Of a stretch of 64,000 nucleotides of DNA, positions 1 through 13,122 are shown piece by piece (position 1 is the first letter of the stretch; the number at the start of each line of letters is the position of its first letter). The notes beneath the pieces were generated by a model. It saw nothing but the letters and a program-made list of their open reading frames with translations, had not been told where the DNA came from and searched no databases. Position numbers and translations under genes: made by a program. The stretch lies in NCBI RefSeq assembly GCF_009914755.1, contig NC_060926.1. The stretch is one strand, 5' to 3'. This DNA is from the human T2T-CHM13v2.0 reference genome, Homo sapiens.

Positions 1-989
1 AATAGTAAGAGCCTTCAAATGTAACTTAGAGTAAATGGGCAAATATTATTTTTCCTATTTACAGAGATATCTAATAGCCCAAACAAATATTTGAAATCAA
101 AGTTATATTTGAATGCATTTCTGAATAGATGAAGGGATAAACAGATAGTAATATAAAGGAGTTCTGCAATGCTATGTCTATAGACCTCATGCCAAAAATG
201 GGGACATGAGTCAAGTCTACCTAACATGTTTCTATTTTCTAAAAAAAAAAATTTAAGTACTTTAAATGCTTATACTTTGAATAAGAATAATTGCCATTTC
301 AAAAAATGTAACTAAATATGTATGCATGCATCTGTGTGTATACAGAGACAAGCAGTGATTTATAATTTTGAGAAATATGATATTCTGATTCTGATTAAAA
401 TAGCTAAAATTCACAAATTCAAAGTTGTGAAACTAAAAAAGAAATTTTTTTAGACTTGTGGATTAAAATCTTGGCATTCTACTCATTTAACTGTATTTAT
501 CTATGGCATTTTCATTTGGCATAATTTTCATATATTTTGTAATAATATCACATTGGCTGCATAATATGAAGTCCCTTGAAAGAAACTAGATTTCAATTCT
601 GTGGAAGAAATAATTTATGATGTAAGAGTTGTGATTATACAGCCAATATGAGTTAATTCTTTAAAAAAAAAAAACTAAATTGATCAAGCAAAAAAATGTA
701 CTCACTTGTTTGAGAATGTCAATCATTTTCAATTAAATTATCTAGATGTTTCCCAGGTTTCAGCTGATATATTTTTCTTAGGAAATAATATTTTATCTCA
801 TTAAATTATTTCTCTTGAATACAAAAAATCTTTATTTAGCCATCAGACCAAAAATAAATAAATAAATAGGGACAGCTCAGAAGGAGTGAGCATAGTTCTT
901 TCTCTTCCAAACATACAGGTGGAACGTATAGTGCTAACAGGGAATATTCTGTGACATCATAATTTTGGGCACTGAATTTTGATTGCAGT

Positions 990-1185
990 GTGTTCTTCAG
1001 AGTCAGGCACCTCCAAGTCTGCCTCTTAATACTGCCAGCTGATGCCTCTAAGCCTCAGTTTTCACATCAGCCAATGTGACCACTATTACATACGTCATTG
1101 TGCTACTGTCAGGATGACATAAAGATGCTGCATAGAACACGTTTAGCCCAAAGCCTGGCACGTGATAAGAATACAATAAACTATA
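990..1185 (+). mobile_element. MIR SINE fragment
   Basis: Core-like aagcctcagttttcacatc followed by the typical 3' part gtttagcccaaagcctggcacgtgataagaatacaataaa; edges approximate. Confidence 0.6.
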
Positions 1186-1410
1186 CCTATAGTCAGGGCA
1201 ACAGAAAGACAAGAATTGATATGGTCAAAATCATAAACCCTCTTTTTGTCCTACGGAAGGCACAGGCAAGAATTTGGATGACACATGGTGGTGCTTCTGC
1301 CCTTACTAGTGACCTAAAACCAATCTGCCAAAGTATAATGATTGAGTTTTGCAGAACTGTTGCTAAGAGATATATAGGTGTATATGTACATGTATACGTA
1401 TATAAACATA

Positions 1411-3156
1411 TACACACACCTATGTATATATAAGCCATATCTACACACCTATGTATATATAAGCCATATCTACGCACCTATGTATATATAAGCCATATCT
1501 ACGCACCTATGTATATATAAGCCATATCTACGCACCTATGTATATATAAGCCATATCTACGCACCTATGTATATATAAGCCATATCTACACACCTATGTA
1601 TATATATAGGCCATATCTACACACCTATGTATATATAAGACATATCTACACACCTATGTTTATGTAAGCCATGTCTACACACCTATGTATATATAAGCCA
1701 TGTCTACACACCTATGTATATATAAGCCATGTCTACACACCTATGTATATATAAGCCATGTCTACACACCTATGTATATAAAAGACATGTCTACACACCT
1801 ATGTATATAAAAGACATATCTACACACCTATGTACATATAAGCCATATCTACACACCTATGTACATATAAGCCATATCTACACACCTATGTACATATCAG
1901 CCATATCTACGCACCTATGTATATATAAGCCATATCTACGCACCTATGTATATATAAGACATATCTACGCACCTATGTATATATAAGCCATATCTACGCA
2001 CCTATGTATATATAAGCCATGTCTACGCACCTATGTATATATAAGCCATGTCTACGCACCTATGTATATATAAGCCATGTCTACGCACCTATGTATATAT
2101 ATAGGCCATATCTACACACCTATGTATATATAAGACATATCTACACACCTATGTATATATAAGCCATGTCTACACACCTATGTATATATAAGCCATGTCT
2201 ACACACCTATGTATATATAAGCCATGTCTACACACCTATGTATATATAAGCCATGTCTACACACCTATGTATATATAAGCCATGTCTACACACCTATGTA
2301 TATATAAGCCATGTCTACCCACCTATGTATATAAAAGACATGTCTACACAACTATGTATATATAAGCCATATCTACACACCTATGTATATATAAGCCATA
2401 TCTACACACCTATGTATATATAAGCCATATCTACACACCATGTATATAAAAGACATATCTACACACCTATGTATATAAAAGACATATCTACACACCTATG
2501 TACATATCAGCCATATCTACACACCTATGTATATATAAGCCATATCTACACACCTATGTATATATAAGCCATATCTACACACCTATGTATATATAAGACA
2601 TATCTACACACCTATGTATATATAAGCCATATCTACACACCTATGTATATATAGGACATATCTGCATACCTATGTATATATAGGACATATCTACACACCT
2701 ATGTGTATATAGGACATATCTACACACCTATGTACATATCAGCCATATCTACACACCTATGTATATATAAGCCATATCTACACACCTATTTATATATAAG
2801 CCATATCTACACACCTATGTATATATAAGACATATCTACACACCTATGTATATATAAGCCATATCTACACACCTATGTATATATAGGACATATCTACATA
2901 CCTATGTATATATAGGACATATCTACACACCTATGTGTATATAGGACATATCTACACACCTATGTATATATATAGGCCATATCTACACACCTATGTATAT
3001 ATAAGACATATCTACACACCTATGTATATATAAGCCATATCTACACACCTATGTATATATAAGACATATCTACACACCTATTTATATATAAGCCATATTT
3101 ACACACCTATGTATATATAAGACATATCTACACACCTATGTATATATAAGACATAT
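1411..3156. repeat. 29-bp minisatellite/VNTR, about 60 copies, consensus GCCATATCTACACACCTATGTATATATAA
   Basis: Direct periodicity (gccatatc at 1434, 1463, 1492...), with variant units (acgc/acac, catgt/catat, gaca/gcca, 31-bp units with an extra TA). Confidence 0.97.
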
Positions 3157-3958
3157 ACCCACAGCGATTTTCTATCACGTTCGTTTTTAATCAAATAATA
3201 TTAGTCAAAAATAAATACGTGTTTGTTTTATTATTCCTTTGCTTAGTTCCTGCCAGTACTAGCTGGCTTTTCTAGTGGAAGGCTGATCACTTTTTCCATA
3301 AATCCATTTAATCCAATCAGTCTTGGCAGGATTGAGACATGTTCTCAGTGGAGGTCAAGATCTTGTTTCCTGGTCACTAAGAGCATGGGATAATAGTAAA
3401 CTCCAGAACCATTTGTAAAATACTGTCAGTCAGACAAATCCAAATACCTGTCATGTGCCCAGTAAGTTATTGAACTTTAAGAGAATAAAGTATGACCCTT
3501 ATTATTGTGTTTCTAATCTTCTCAGAAAGGGAAAAAAGACTATATATAATTAGTGCTCAGCTGTACAATTCAGCATATAAGTAGAAATTATTTCGCTATG
3601 AAATCAGATAATTGAGACAAAACTTTTAGATTGAGTGAGTAATAATAGCCTTATCTTCTTTTGCCCTTTATCCTCTTCCCACATTTAAACTAGGAAGAGA
3701 AATGAAACAAGTCACCTGTGGATGTTATTGGACAGTATTGGATATGATTCTTTGCTCTTACCTGGTGCTCTTTCACCCCACCCCTAACTTTCTCCTTAAC
3801 TCTCTGGCAATTCCATGCAAGGCCACCTAAAATACCCCTTTCTCAATAAAGATTTTCCTGAATTCCCACCTAAAAATAATTTCTTCCTTCTCTGCCTTTC
3901 ATAGCACTTTATGTGTGCTGCTCCATTTGTGACCCATGTGTATTCTGTTTTAGTTATT

Positions 3959-5060
3959 TATCAGGGGAAATTCAGCCAGATATCGGGCAAAATTCACCCT
4001 CGATATTTCATGTAGGTTCTTTTCTGTTTTCCCTAAGCATTGGCCAGTTTGGGAAATAAAGGGACAGAGTACAAAAGAGAGAAATTTTAAAGCTGGGCTT
4101 CCGGGGGAGAAATCACATTTCGGGAGGTTCTGTGATGCCCCACAAGCCGCAAAACCAGCAAGTTTTTATTAGTGATTTTCAAAGGGGAGGGAGTGTACGA
4201 ATAGCGTGTGGGTCACAAGAGATCACGTGGTTCACAAGGTAATAGAATATCACTAGGAAAATGGAGGCAGGGCGAGATCACAGGACCACAGGACTGGGGC
4301 GAAATTTAAATTGCTAATGAAGTTTCGGGCACCCATTGTCATTGATAACTTCTTATCAGGGGACAGGGTTTAAGAGCAGACAACCGGTCTGACCAAAAAT
4401 GTATTAGGCGGGAATTTCCTCGTCCTAATAAACCTGTGAGCACTATGGGAGACTGGGGCTTATTTCATCCCTACAGCTCCATAAAAGATGGCCGCACCCA
4501 AGGGGGCCAATTTAGAGACCCACCTCAGTGATGCATTCTCTTTCTCAAGGATGTTCCTTGCTGAGAAAAATAATTCAGTGATATTTCTCCCATTTGCTTT
4601 TGAAAGAAGAGAAATATGGCTCTGTTCCACCCGGTCACTGGTGGTCAGAGTTTAAGGTTATCTCTCTTGTTCCCTGAACATTGCTGTTATCCTGTTCTTT
4701 TTTCAAGGTGCCCAGATTTCATATTGTTCAAACACACATGCTCTAAAATTTGTGGAGTTAATGCAATCATCACAGGGTCATGAGGTGACATACATCCTCC
4801 TCAGTTTACAAGATGACAGGATTAAGAGATTAAAGTAAAGACAGGCATAGGAAATCACAAGGGTATTGATTGGGGAAGTGATAGGTGTCCATGAAATCTT
4901 CACAATCTATGTTCAGAGATTGCAGTAAAGACAGGCATAAGAAATTATAAAAGTATTAATTTGGGGAACTAATAAATGTACATGAAATCTTCACAATCCA
5001 CGTTCTTCTGCCACGTCTTCAGCTGGTCCCTCCGTTCCGGGTCCCTGACTTCCCGCAACA
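3959..5060 (-). mobile_element. MER11-family (HERV-K11/HML-8) solo LTR, probably MER11B/C
   Basis: The minus strand starts TGTTGCGGGAAGTCAGGGAC and ends GGCTGAATTTCCCCTGATA; ~1.1 kb; 6-bp TSD gttatt (3953-3958) / gctatt (5061-5066). Confidence 0.9.
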
Positions 5061-5609
5061 GCTATTTCATAATATTAGGGATTGTATGGCTATTCAGACG
5101 TCCTTCTTGAGGGCAGGCTCTTTATCTTTTCCTCACAACAGTTAGCAGTGTCATGGAGATAGCAAGTATTTTATAGAAAATATTGAGTGAGTCCATGAAT
5201 ACGTTTTAATTATTTGGGTACTTAAATGTAGAAGGTTAGTTGCTTTAACTGTGCTTATATAATGGAAACCCTGTTCTCTGTCAAAAAAAAAAATGTGAAG
5301 ATCTTGAAAAATGTGGAGAAACTGGGGAGCAGCTAAGTGGCTCTGAACTAGTCAGATTAGCCTCATCTATGCTGTAGTAACAAACAAGCCCCTAAACCTC
5401 AATGGCAATTGATATTTATTTCTCATGTGATCTGCCTCACAAATCATTGCAGGAAATAATGTTACCAATGTTTTGGCTCTTCATAAAACATTCATTATTT
5501 TCTCTGTCTTTTATATAGTTTTCTCACCCACCTCTGCTCAGCCCCTGTGACAATGTCCATCTATTGCAGGTGGTGGATACAACAGCAGCCCACTTATGGT
5601 ATCAGTTTA

Positions 5610-5960
5610 TGTTTCAGTCAGAGTAGAATAAGCTATGCTGTGGAAGAAAATAAATGCTAAAATTTCACTGGCATAACAAATTAATGGTTAATTTCTCAAT
5701 CATGCAAGTCCAATGAAAGTGTACTAGGTGGCTTTTCTCCATCTTGTGGCTGTGCCATCTGAAGAATGTGACCTTAAGATCACCACACATGGAAGGAAGG
5801 ACCTGAAGGACCATGTGAATAAAGGGCCAGATTGGTCTGTGGCCATATCACCTCCACTAAATCCATTGCCCTCAATCCAGTCACATGCATCCTAACCTCA
5901 AGGAAAACTGGAGAAGCACATGGATGGATACCTGGTGAGAACTAATAGCATATGCCACAG
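5610..5960 (-). mobile_element. Old MLT1-type (ERVL-MaLR) LTR fragment
   Basis: agctatgctgtgg...aaaatttcactggcataaca resembles the reverse-complemented MLT1 3' end; a similar piece lies at ~5350-5430. Confidence 0.45.
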
Positions 5961-6000
5961 ATTCTATAGTGGCATTAGAAGTTCACCTAATTCTTAAGTC

Positions 6001-6296
6001 TTGTTTTTATTTATTTTATTATTTATTTATTTTTTGAGATAGAGTCTTCCTCTGTCACCCAGGCTGGAGTGCAGTGTCACTTGGCTCACTGCAACTGCCA
6101 CCTCCCGGATTTGAGCGACCCTCCCACCTCAGCCTTGGAGTACTTAGGATTACAGCTGTGAGCCACCACGCCTAGCTAATTTTTTTGGATTTTTAGTAGA
6201 GATGGGATTTCACCATGTTGGTAAAGTTGGTCTTGAACTTCTGACCTCGGTCTCCCAAAGTACTGGGATTACAGGTATGAGCCACTGTGCCCCGCC
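6001..6296 (-). mobile_element. Alu (old J/S type) with a small internal deletion
   Basis: T-rich tail, gtcacccaggctggagtgcagtg, ...gagccactgtgccccgcc; lacks aagtgatccgcccgcc near 6248; degenerate TSD ctaattcttaagtc/ctaatttttaaatt. Confidence 0.93.
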
Positions 6297-8649
6297 CTAA
6301 TTTTTAAATTTCAAATTTTAAATTTTTAAATTTTAAAGTCTGATTTTTAAAATACCGAAAGGTATACCCTCCAATTTCTCCCTAGGAATATGCCCTGTGT
6401 TAGTCCAGAAGATGCTGAAGGCATATTTGAGGGGTTACCATGGGGGCATTCTTTCATCTGATCACTGCAGATTTCTCCTTAACTCTGTCATGTCTCATCA
6501 GTGTAGACTGACCCACACTTTTCCACACCATTTACCTCTCTGGATTGGATTGACTATTCTTTATCTCATTTTTAACCTCTCCTCATCTGTCTTCATGGAG
6601 ATGTAGTTTTGTGTTTTAACATCTCTAAGAATATGTTTTGTTAATGTAAATTATATTTTACATATCCTCTGTACTCTATTTTATGTATCATATCCTCTGT
6701 TTTTTAATATTATGATGCATACTATAATGCCTCTTACATGATCTAATTATAGAATTTTGACAAGTACACTATTGAAAATCAGCCTCATAATTAACAGATA
6801 TTACTTTATTTTGCTGCAATTAATTGTTGCCTGCTTTATCTTAGCAATTATTTCTTGGATGGCAGAATTGGATAATCTGTGTTGCCACATGGGAATATCT
6901 ATGTAAATGGCAATTAAATACATCCTATTAAAGTATGGTATGAAAGAGATAGATTTAAGTTGGGAAATAACTTCCCTGTGACCTTAGAGAGTTTCTGGAT
7001 TGATCATCAGATAAGTCTACAACAGATGCCAAAGAAGGTAGTATCAGTTTAAGAGATTTCATTCAGCTAAACACATATAATAAGGAAGACTATTTCCAGG
7101 AGCTACTATGTACATTAAATTCTATTAGTGATCATCAACAAAATTTATTAACATAAAAATAATAAAGCCATCTGAAGAATAATTACTGCCTATTGGGAGA
7201 AAAAAATAGAACCATGAAGAAAATAAACTCTGCCAACTTAGTGATTTTCGTTAAGTAACCAAACATTTCTACTTTGTGTCTTCCAAGGAAATTCTTTCAC
7301 TTATCAAGTGTTATACATATTCTTTGTTCTAAAACTGCTCTATTCAGCTGTCATTCTATGATTTTGTTTTCAAGGTTGCCCCTTCTCTTCTTACTCATTT
7401 TAATTCTTTTCTCTTTGTACTTAGATTAAAATAAAGTCAATTTTAGGACTGTGAGGTAAGAAAGGAAGAATTTGAAAGATGCAACGTCCTTGTTTATAGT
7501 AGATATTTCAAAGAAAAAATGTAAAATTCTCGTTAATCTAAGAAGACTCAGAGAATATACAAGATTTAAAGAACTATCTTTAATAAACTATTGGGTAGCA
7601 TTGCACACTCAGGGCTTACAACTGAAAAAAGAATCCGGCAATTTTATGCATGAAAAAAGCAAGAGTAAACTAATGGTCTATATAGCATTTCAGGAGGTGG
7701 GACGGTTCTTTCCAGGTTCATGTAAAGCTGAATTGGGGTAATATCTCTCCCCTCCACAAACATCCCCACTGGGCCTTCACAAAGCCTGTGAAACAGCAAA
7801 CAGTTGTTTTCCTAAGTAAATCAGTATGCAGTATCAATTTTAATGAAATCCTTTAAAAATATTTATAAGACATACTTTGTGAGCTGGCTCTTGAAAAGTG
7901 ATTAGGGATTGAATATGTGGAGAGAAGATTTTTCATTTTGTTTTATGTTTTTGAAAACTAATGAGAACAATGTTTGAAAGGAAGAAGGAGTAAGGTCAGC
8001 AGAGTGGGAAGATAAGGCAACCCAAAACTCATCAAAGAGCTAAGCAAATGGAGGGCGAGGGGCATTCCGTTTGGCCTGTTCTCTTGGATAATTTATGAAG
8101 TTCAAGTCACAGAACTGGGAATAAACTCCCAAATTTTCAGGTTCTGTGACCCATTCGCTTTTCACTCTGCTCCTCTCCTGCGAACTAAAAAGACCTCAAA
8201 TTTTAAAATATAATCAAAACCCCCCAAAACTTAAGAAAGTGTATTCTCCTTTCAGCCATTTAAAATAGGAAAACAATGAAAAGAAAGCCTCCCTTAAAAT
8301 CTGAACATTCAAAGCTTTCAGTTAAATTTATAGATTTATTCAAGAAGAGTTGTCATTCTATTAAGTTAGAAGTTGACTGTTGTACTGCCTCCTCCAACTC
8401 TATTTGATTCCAGAAGTCACAGAGTATTTACACTTTGTGGTTCTTCTTTCTGTCGCTAATCCACATAAGAGAGATACGTATTGTCACTCTATTAAACAAC
8501 TTATTTGTGGTTTGACTGTGATTTTCCCTGAACCTTATATGTGTTTCCTTTCATTATGGTTAGAATCTTGGGCAGATGGATTTTTTCTTATCCATCCCTG
8601 CCTCTGTTCCACAGGCACACAATATCATCCTTACATATGTAAATCACAT

Positions 8650-8780
8650 TAAACTGGCAAGCTTCCCTACCAGACTGGACCCTGCAGGGAGCAGGGTATG
8701 TGCCATGCTTATTTCTGTGTCCCTCACTAAACCTAACACAGGATCACACAGTAGAGATTCAACAGAAATTTTTGAATATG
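8650..8780 (+). mobile_element. L2 3' end fragment
   Basis: aagcttcc...gcagggagcagg...cctaacacagg...cacagtagagattcaacagaaatttttgaat matches the L2 tail pattern. Confidence 0.5.
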
Positions 8781-11700
8781 TATTATGTTTTTTAAACCAC
8801 ATTGAATTTAAGTAATTGCTTATTATGAAAACAATAACTATTAATTACAGATAGTTGCACACCAAAAAGGGAAAAAGCAATCTTTTCAAAACTGTCGTAT
8901 GACTAAATTAAAGTCCTAATCTATTTTCCCCTTCATGTTGGTTTGTAGATGTATTCTCAGATCAAATACTATTGAGATTCAGGAAAGCTTGTGTTTGGCA
9001 AGGTGAATCATTGACTGCATAGGGCTGGCAGCCAAAAATAAAATAGTTGATTGCAAATAAAATGATAGGCTAAGAAATCTCAGCAGTGCACTTTTGGGGT
9101 AAGACTATGGTTTGAGGAGAAATCCATTGGGAAAAGTCAACCTGGGCATGATCCAAGCAATGAATGCCTTTAGTAGACTAGATTCAGCAAATGAAACTGA
9201 GTGATTTCAAATGGAGGTTCAATGTGAAAGTCAGAGATGGGGGAGAGATTGAGTTTATATTTTTCATTTCCAGCCAAGTTATGGATTAGAGTGTTTCCCA
9301 GGAAGAGAAGTACTAGCTGGGGTTGAGAATCAACTTCTAGGACTGAAAGAAACTTGAAATACTAGGCAAGTTTTATGGTAGACAGATCTACCATAAAGTT
9401 AAGAATCAAAGTGGAAACTCAATTCTGTGAACTTACCCAGCACAGGATGGGGACATGGAAAGCCATGATTGGGAGCTATACAGAAATCTGGGAATTGCTG
9501 TGATCCCTCAGATTGAGGTTTCCAAGACAAAGAAGAATTGGTTAGGTGGAGAGAAGTGGAGACACCCGGCACTCATGCTGGGTCATGCTAAGTTAAAAGG
9601 ACCATGGCTTCATTCCAAGTCTGACTCAATGGTAAAGAAACAGTTGTACCACTTCCTTAGTCAGGCTTTGCACATGAACTAGACTAGAGCTAGAGTAACC
9701 ATCTTATCTGTTTTACATACCAGTTCTCTTTTGAATATAGAAGAAATCACCTTAATAATTATGTCTGGACCATAGTCAAAAGCTTGGATTTTCTAGGCAG
9801 ACTGAGACATATTGTCACCTAGAGCATAGTCTATTGAAGGTAATGGGGGCTGAGTTTCAGGGATCTTTCTGAAAGGACCGGAGGTGATAGAAGTAGGAGA
9901 GATTGGGTTAGTTTTGACAACAATTATGTCTTATCTACATGTGAAGGCTATTTGGCATTCCTTACCAGAAGGCACTAATGGCTAGGTTAGGTGGGAAAAA
10001 GATAAAGACACCCTGCCAGTGGTTTTCTGGAGGACTGTAGTGGAACCACAGGAGGAATATGCTGGAATGAAATTCTTCACGGGCATATCCTTTTGGATTT
10101 CTTAGTCAATCATGAATTAGATGATCAGGAGATGAGTGACTAAGTCTATAGGACGAGAAGAAAGAGACCCATCAAGATGCACAGCAACTCCCCATGATTA
10201 GAATCATGGAAAACTAATGCATATAGATCAGGGTACAGAAGATAAGATGACTTCTCTTCCCCAGGAAAATCCCTAAAGTGACCAGAATAATGTGTTTTCT
10301 CCAGTCTTAAGAATATATATTTAGGGAAATGACATTTGTAGATTTTCCACCATTGCCAGTCTACATAGTTGAGAAGAAGCACCAATGTTATCATGTATTT
10401 TATTCACTGAAAGAATCACAGAGATTCAATAGCTTGTGTTTCCAAGCATTATGGGAGACTGCTTAACAAGTCCAGAAATGCTGAATAAAATATCACAAAC
10501 ATTCTTCAGATGAGATTCTAAACTGCTAGAAAGTAAGGGACCTCACCAGAGACAAAAAAGAGAGAGAGAGTTGAAAACCTGAGGTACACAGCACATTCAA
10601 CATCAGACTAGGCTTTGAGCAAGGGACAGGAGAGATTTGGGAATGAGGCACTGCCCATAACATCAGAGCCCATAAAAAGTGACGTGCTCAGTAAAAGGGT
10701 TGACTTGAAAAAATTTGTTCATTGCCAAAAAGATAATAAAGATGTCTGGACTGGGGTAGGTATCAAATAAACAAACTAAAACGTGTTTGAGACTCTTGCT
10801 ATGAATATGACCTAATGGCATTTGCCATCTTAATTTATACCAAATCCTTTGCATGACTTTGAACCCCCCAAGATGAGAAATGAACCGAAAAATAATCCCA
10901 GGATGGTACTACTTATGTGATTCTTGGCCAAAGCAAGCACAAAATCTCCCTGGAGGAACAAAGTTCACAGGACTTCTAAACAAATCCCCCTATTACTCAT
11001 GTTTCTACCAGTGGTCCCCTGAAGAAATAAATATGCAGCCTCAGGAACATTTTATGAATTGCAATTTTAATTCTGGTTTGAGTCCCTATCTTCTTTGCAT
11101 AATATCTTTGGCTCCACACCTTCCTGTGCTATGATTGCTCAACAAAATAAAGATAATTTAGAAGTGGACAGAGTATGCAGGGGCTTACTGAACAACAGAA
11201 AAGTAATATCCTTCTATCTATGGCTTATTTTTAGAATGTGTCCTTAAATTTCAGTGTTTGTCATTATCATTCACAGAGCTTATCTGTATTGACCTTTACT
11301 ATCCTTTTTAACATCTTAAAAGCTTCAATCATATCTCTGCTCTTCAATGTCTTTTCTTCGATTGTTGTAATCTCAGTTTGTCTGGCTCTCAGAACTAATA
11401 TAACCTTCTTTCCCATTTATCATTCTGGTCCCGTCAATCCCTTCTGCCTCCTCAATGTCTTTCCTGTGACATTATTCCTTTCCCTGCCGAGGGAGATTGT
11501 CTGAAATGGTAAGTCACTGAGTGTAGATTAATCAGCTACCATTACAATGTCTGGCTTCCCAAGACATGTTTGTAGCCTATTTCATAAATTTATTGTTCTT
11601 AAAAGCAAACCTAATTTCACAATGAAACTACCCAATCCCCTTTTCATCAAAAACCAGGGTAAAAAATGTCTTTGGTGTAAACAACACTGTTCAGCTACTG

Positions 11701-12569
11701 TGATCTAATTGGAGTTAGTTTACACTGTGCCTTCTCTAAAATCATTCCTCTTGGAATTCTTATTATAGTGAGCACTGCTTTGATCCCTTTTAGTCTCTTT
11801 TTGTCCTCCATTTCTTCCCTATTTTGTCCTTTCTTTACTCCTTAGAGAGTGCACATTCCTGTAACATAAAGCAAGCTGTTGGTAACTACCCCTGGTATTC
11901 TGTGCACAATAATCTTTGTGCAGTGCTTTTATTCTTCACGCTTGATGTGTGGAACAACTCTGTGATTTCTGCTAATGCCCAAATAATAGTTTCCTCAAAT
12001 GCTAAATGCCATGCTCAAGCTAAGATAAGACGACAGCGGTCAGAATAAGAGCTCAGGTCTTCTGATGCTTACTTTTTTCACTAAACCAAGAACCTTAAAA
12101 CTAGAGATCTTTTTGACAACTTAATCTAGTATGGAGGTATTACCAGGTTCTTGCTAAGGTTGAGAAATTCCCTTTTTGTGAATACAAGAACTGTATTTGT
12201 GTGTTATTTGTATATATTTGCATAATGATTTCAAATGTCCAATATTCAAGTACACAAGTTGAAATGTAGTAAAGCTACTGAAGTCTACATGATTCTTTTA
12301 AGAACTTCCTTTTAGAGCATCTAGGAACATCCTCATCATATGACTCCTGAATTTCTACTTTCTATTTTTTATTTCTACTTTCCCTATGATCTCTCTTTAG
12401 CAATATTCCTTTTTTTTCTCCTAGCTTCATAGATATATACTATCAACTTATATATTTATATATTTAAATTGAATATTCAAGCAAGATGAAAGGACTTCAA
12501 TTCTGGTAAGGAACTTATACAAAACTAATCTTACATAGAGTTAGGGGTGGGAGAGAATAATAGCAGAAG

Positions 12570-12800
12570 GATAATGTTCACTAAGTTACTGACCAAAGTC
12601 TGTACTAGGTATATCACATACCCATTCCCAGTAGACACCTTCCCTTCTAACAGTCATGAAAAGTAGTAATATTTCACTTATTTTACAAGAAGCACAAAGA
12701 GATTCTGAAGATAAAATGCAATTGTTAATAAATTTAAAAGGCAGGATTGAAACCCAAGTATGTGTGATTCCAACGCTAGCGCCCTTTCCACTGTATCAGG
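12570..12800 (-). mobile_element. MIR fragment
   Basis: attttacaaga...ggcaggattgaaacccaagtatgtgtgattcca...ctttccactgta pattern. Confidence 0.5.
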
Positions 12801-13024
12801 CTGCGTCATGTGATAGGCATCACCACATATGACATGGTCTCAAGTTGCTGAGCAGGCCTGGGATCCTGATCAGTCAACCAACATGCATTGGACTCAACCC
12901 ACATATGGGATGCTAACGGATGAGACTCAATCTTTCCAATCAAGAAACTTACAATCTCATTAGGAAAACAAGTATAGCAGATATGATATGATTAACAAAC
13001 ATTGCATGATTACTTCATAATATG

Positions 13025-13122
13025 CATATGTGGGGACAGGGGGTATATAAGAACTCTTAACTTTCTGCTTAGTTTTGCTGTGAATCTAAAATTGCTCTAA
13101 AAAATAAAGTTAGTTTAAAAAA
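13025..13122 (+). mobile_element. L1M (L1MB/ME-like) extreme 3' end
   Basis: gggtatataagaactct...ttttgctgtgaatctaaaattgctctaaaaaataaagt followed by an A-rich tail. Confidence 0.7.

Noticed and set aside
1098-1986. ORFs 1098-1433, 1193-1477 and 1729-1986 with Y/I/H/T repeats
   Set aside because: They are translations of the MIR and the VNTR; low complexity, no gene context.
1411-3156. CRISPR-like array, suggested by the 29-bp repeat length
   Set aside because: Units are contiguous with no unique spacers, there are no cas genes, and the context is primate.
4825-5000. ~90-bp internal direct repeat
   Set aside because: It lies inside the MER11 LTR and, as I recall, is part of the family consensus.
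9000-10700. Purine-rich block, possibly an ancient LTR or L1 5' relic
   Set aside because: No family, termini or coding frame could be recognised by eye.
12405-12512. Acceptor ttttctcctag with donor ctg|gtaagg
   Set aside because: The enclosed sequence is extremely AT-rich and low complexity; likely a pseudo-exon.
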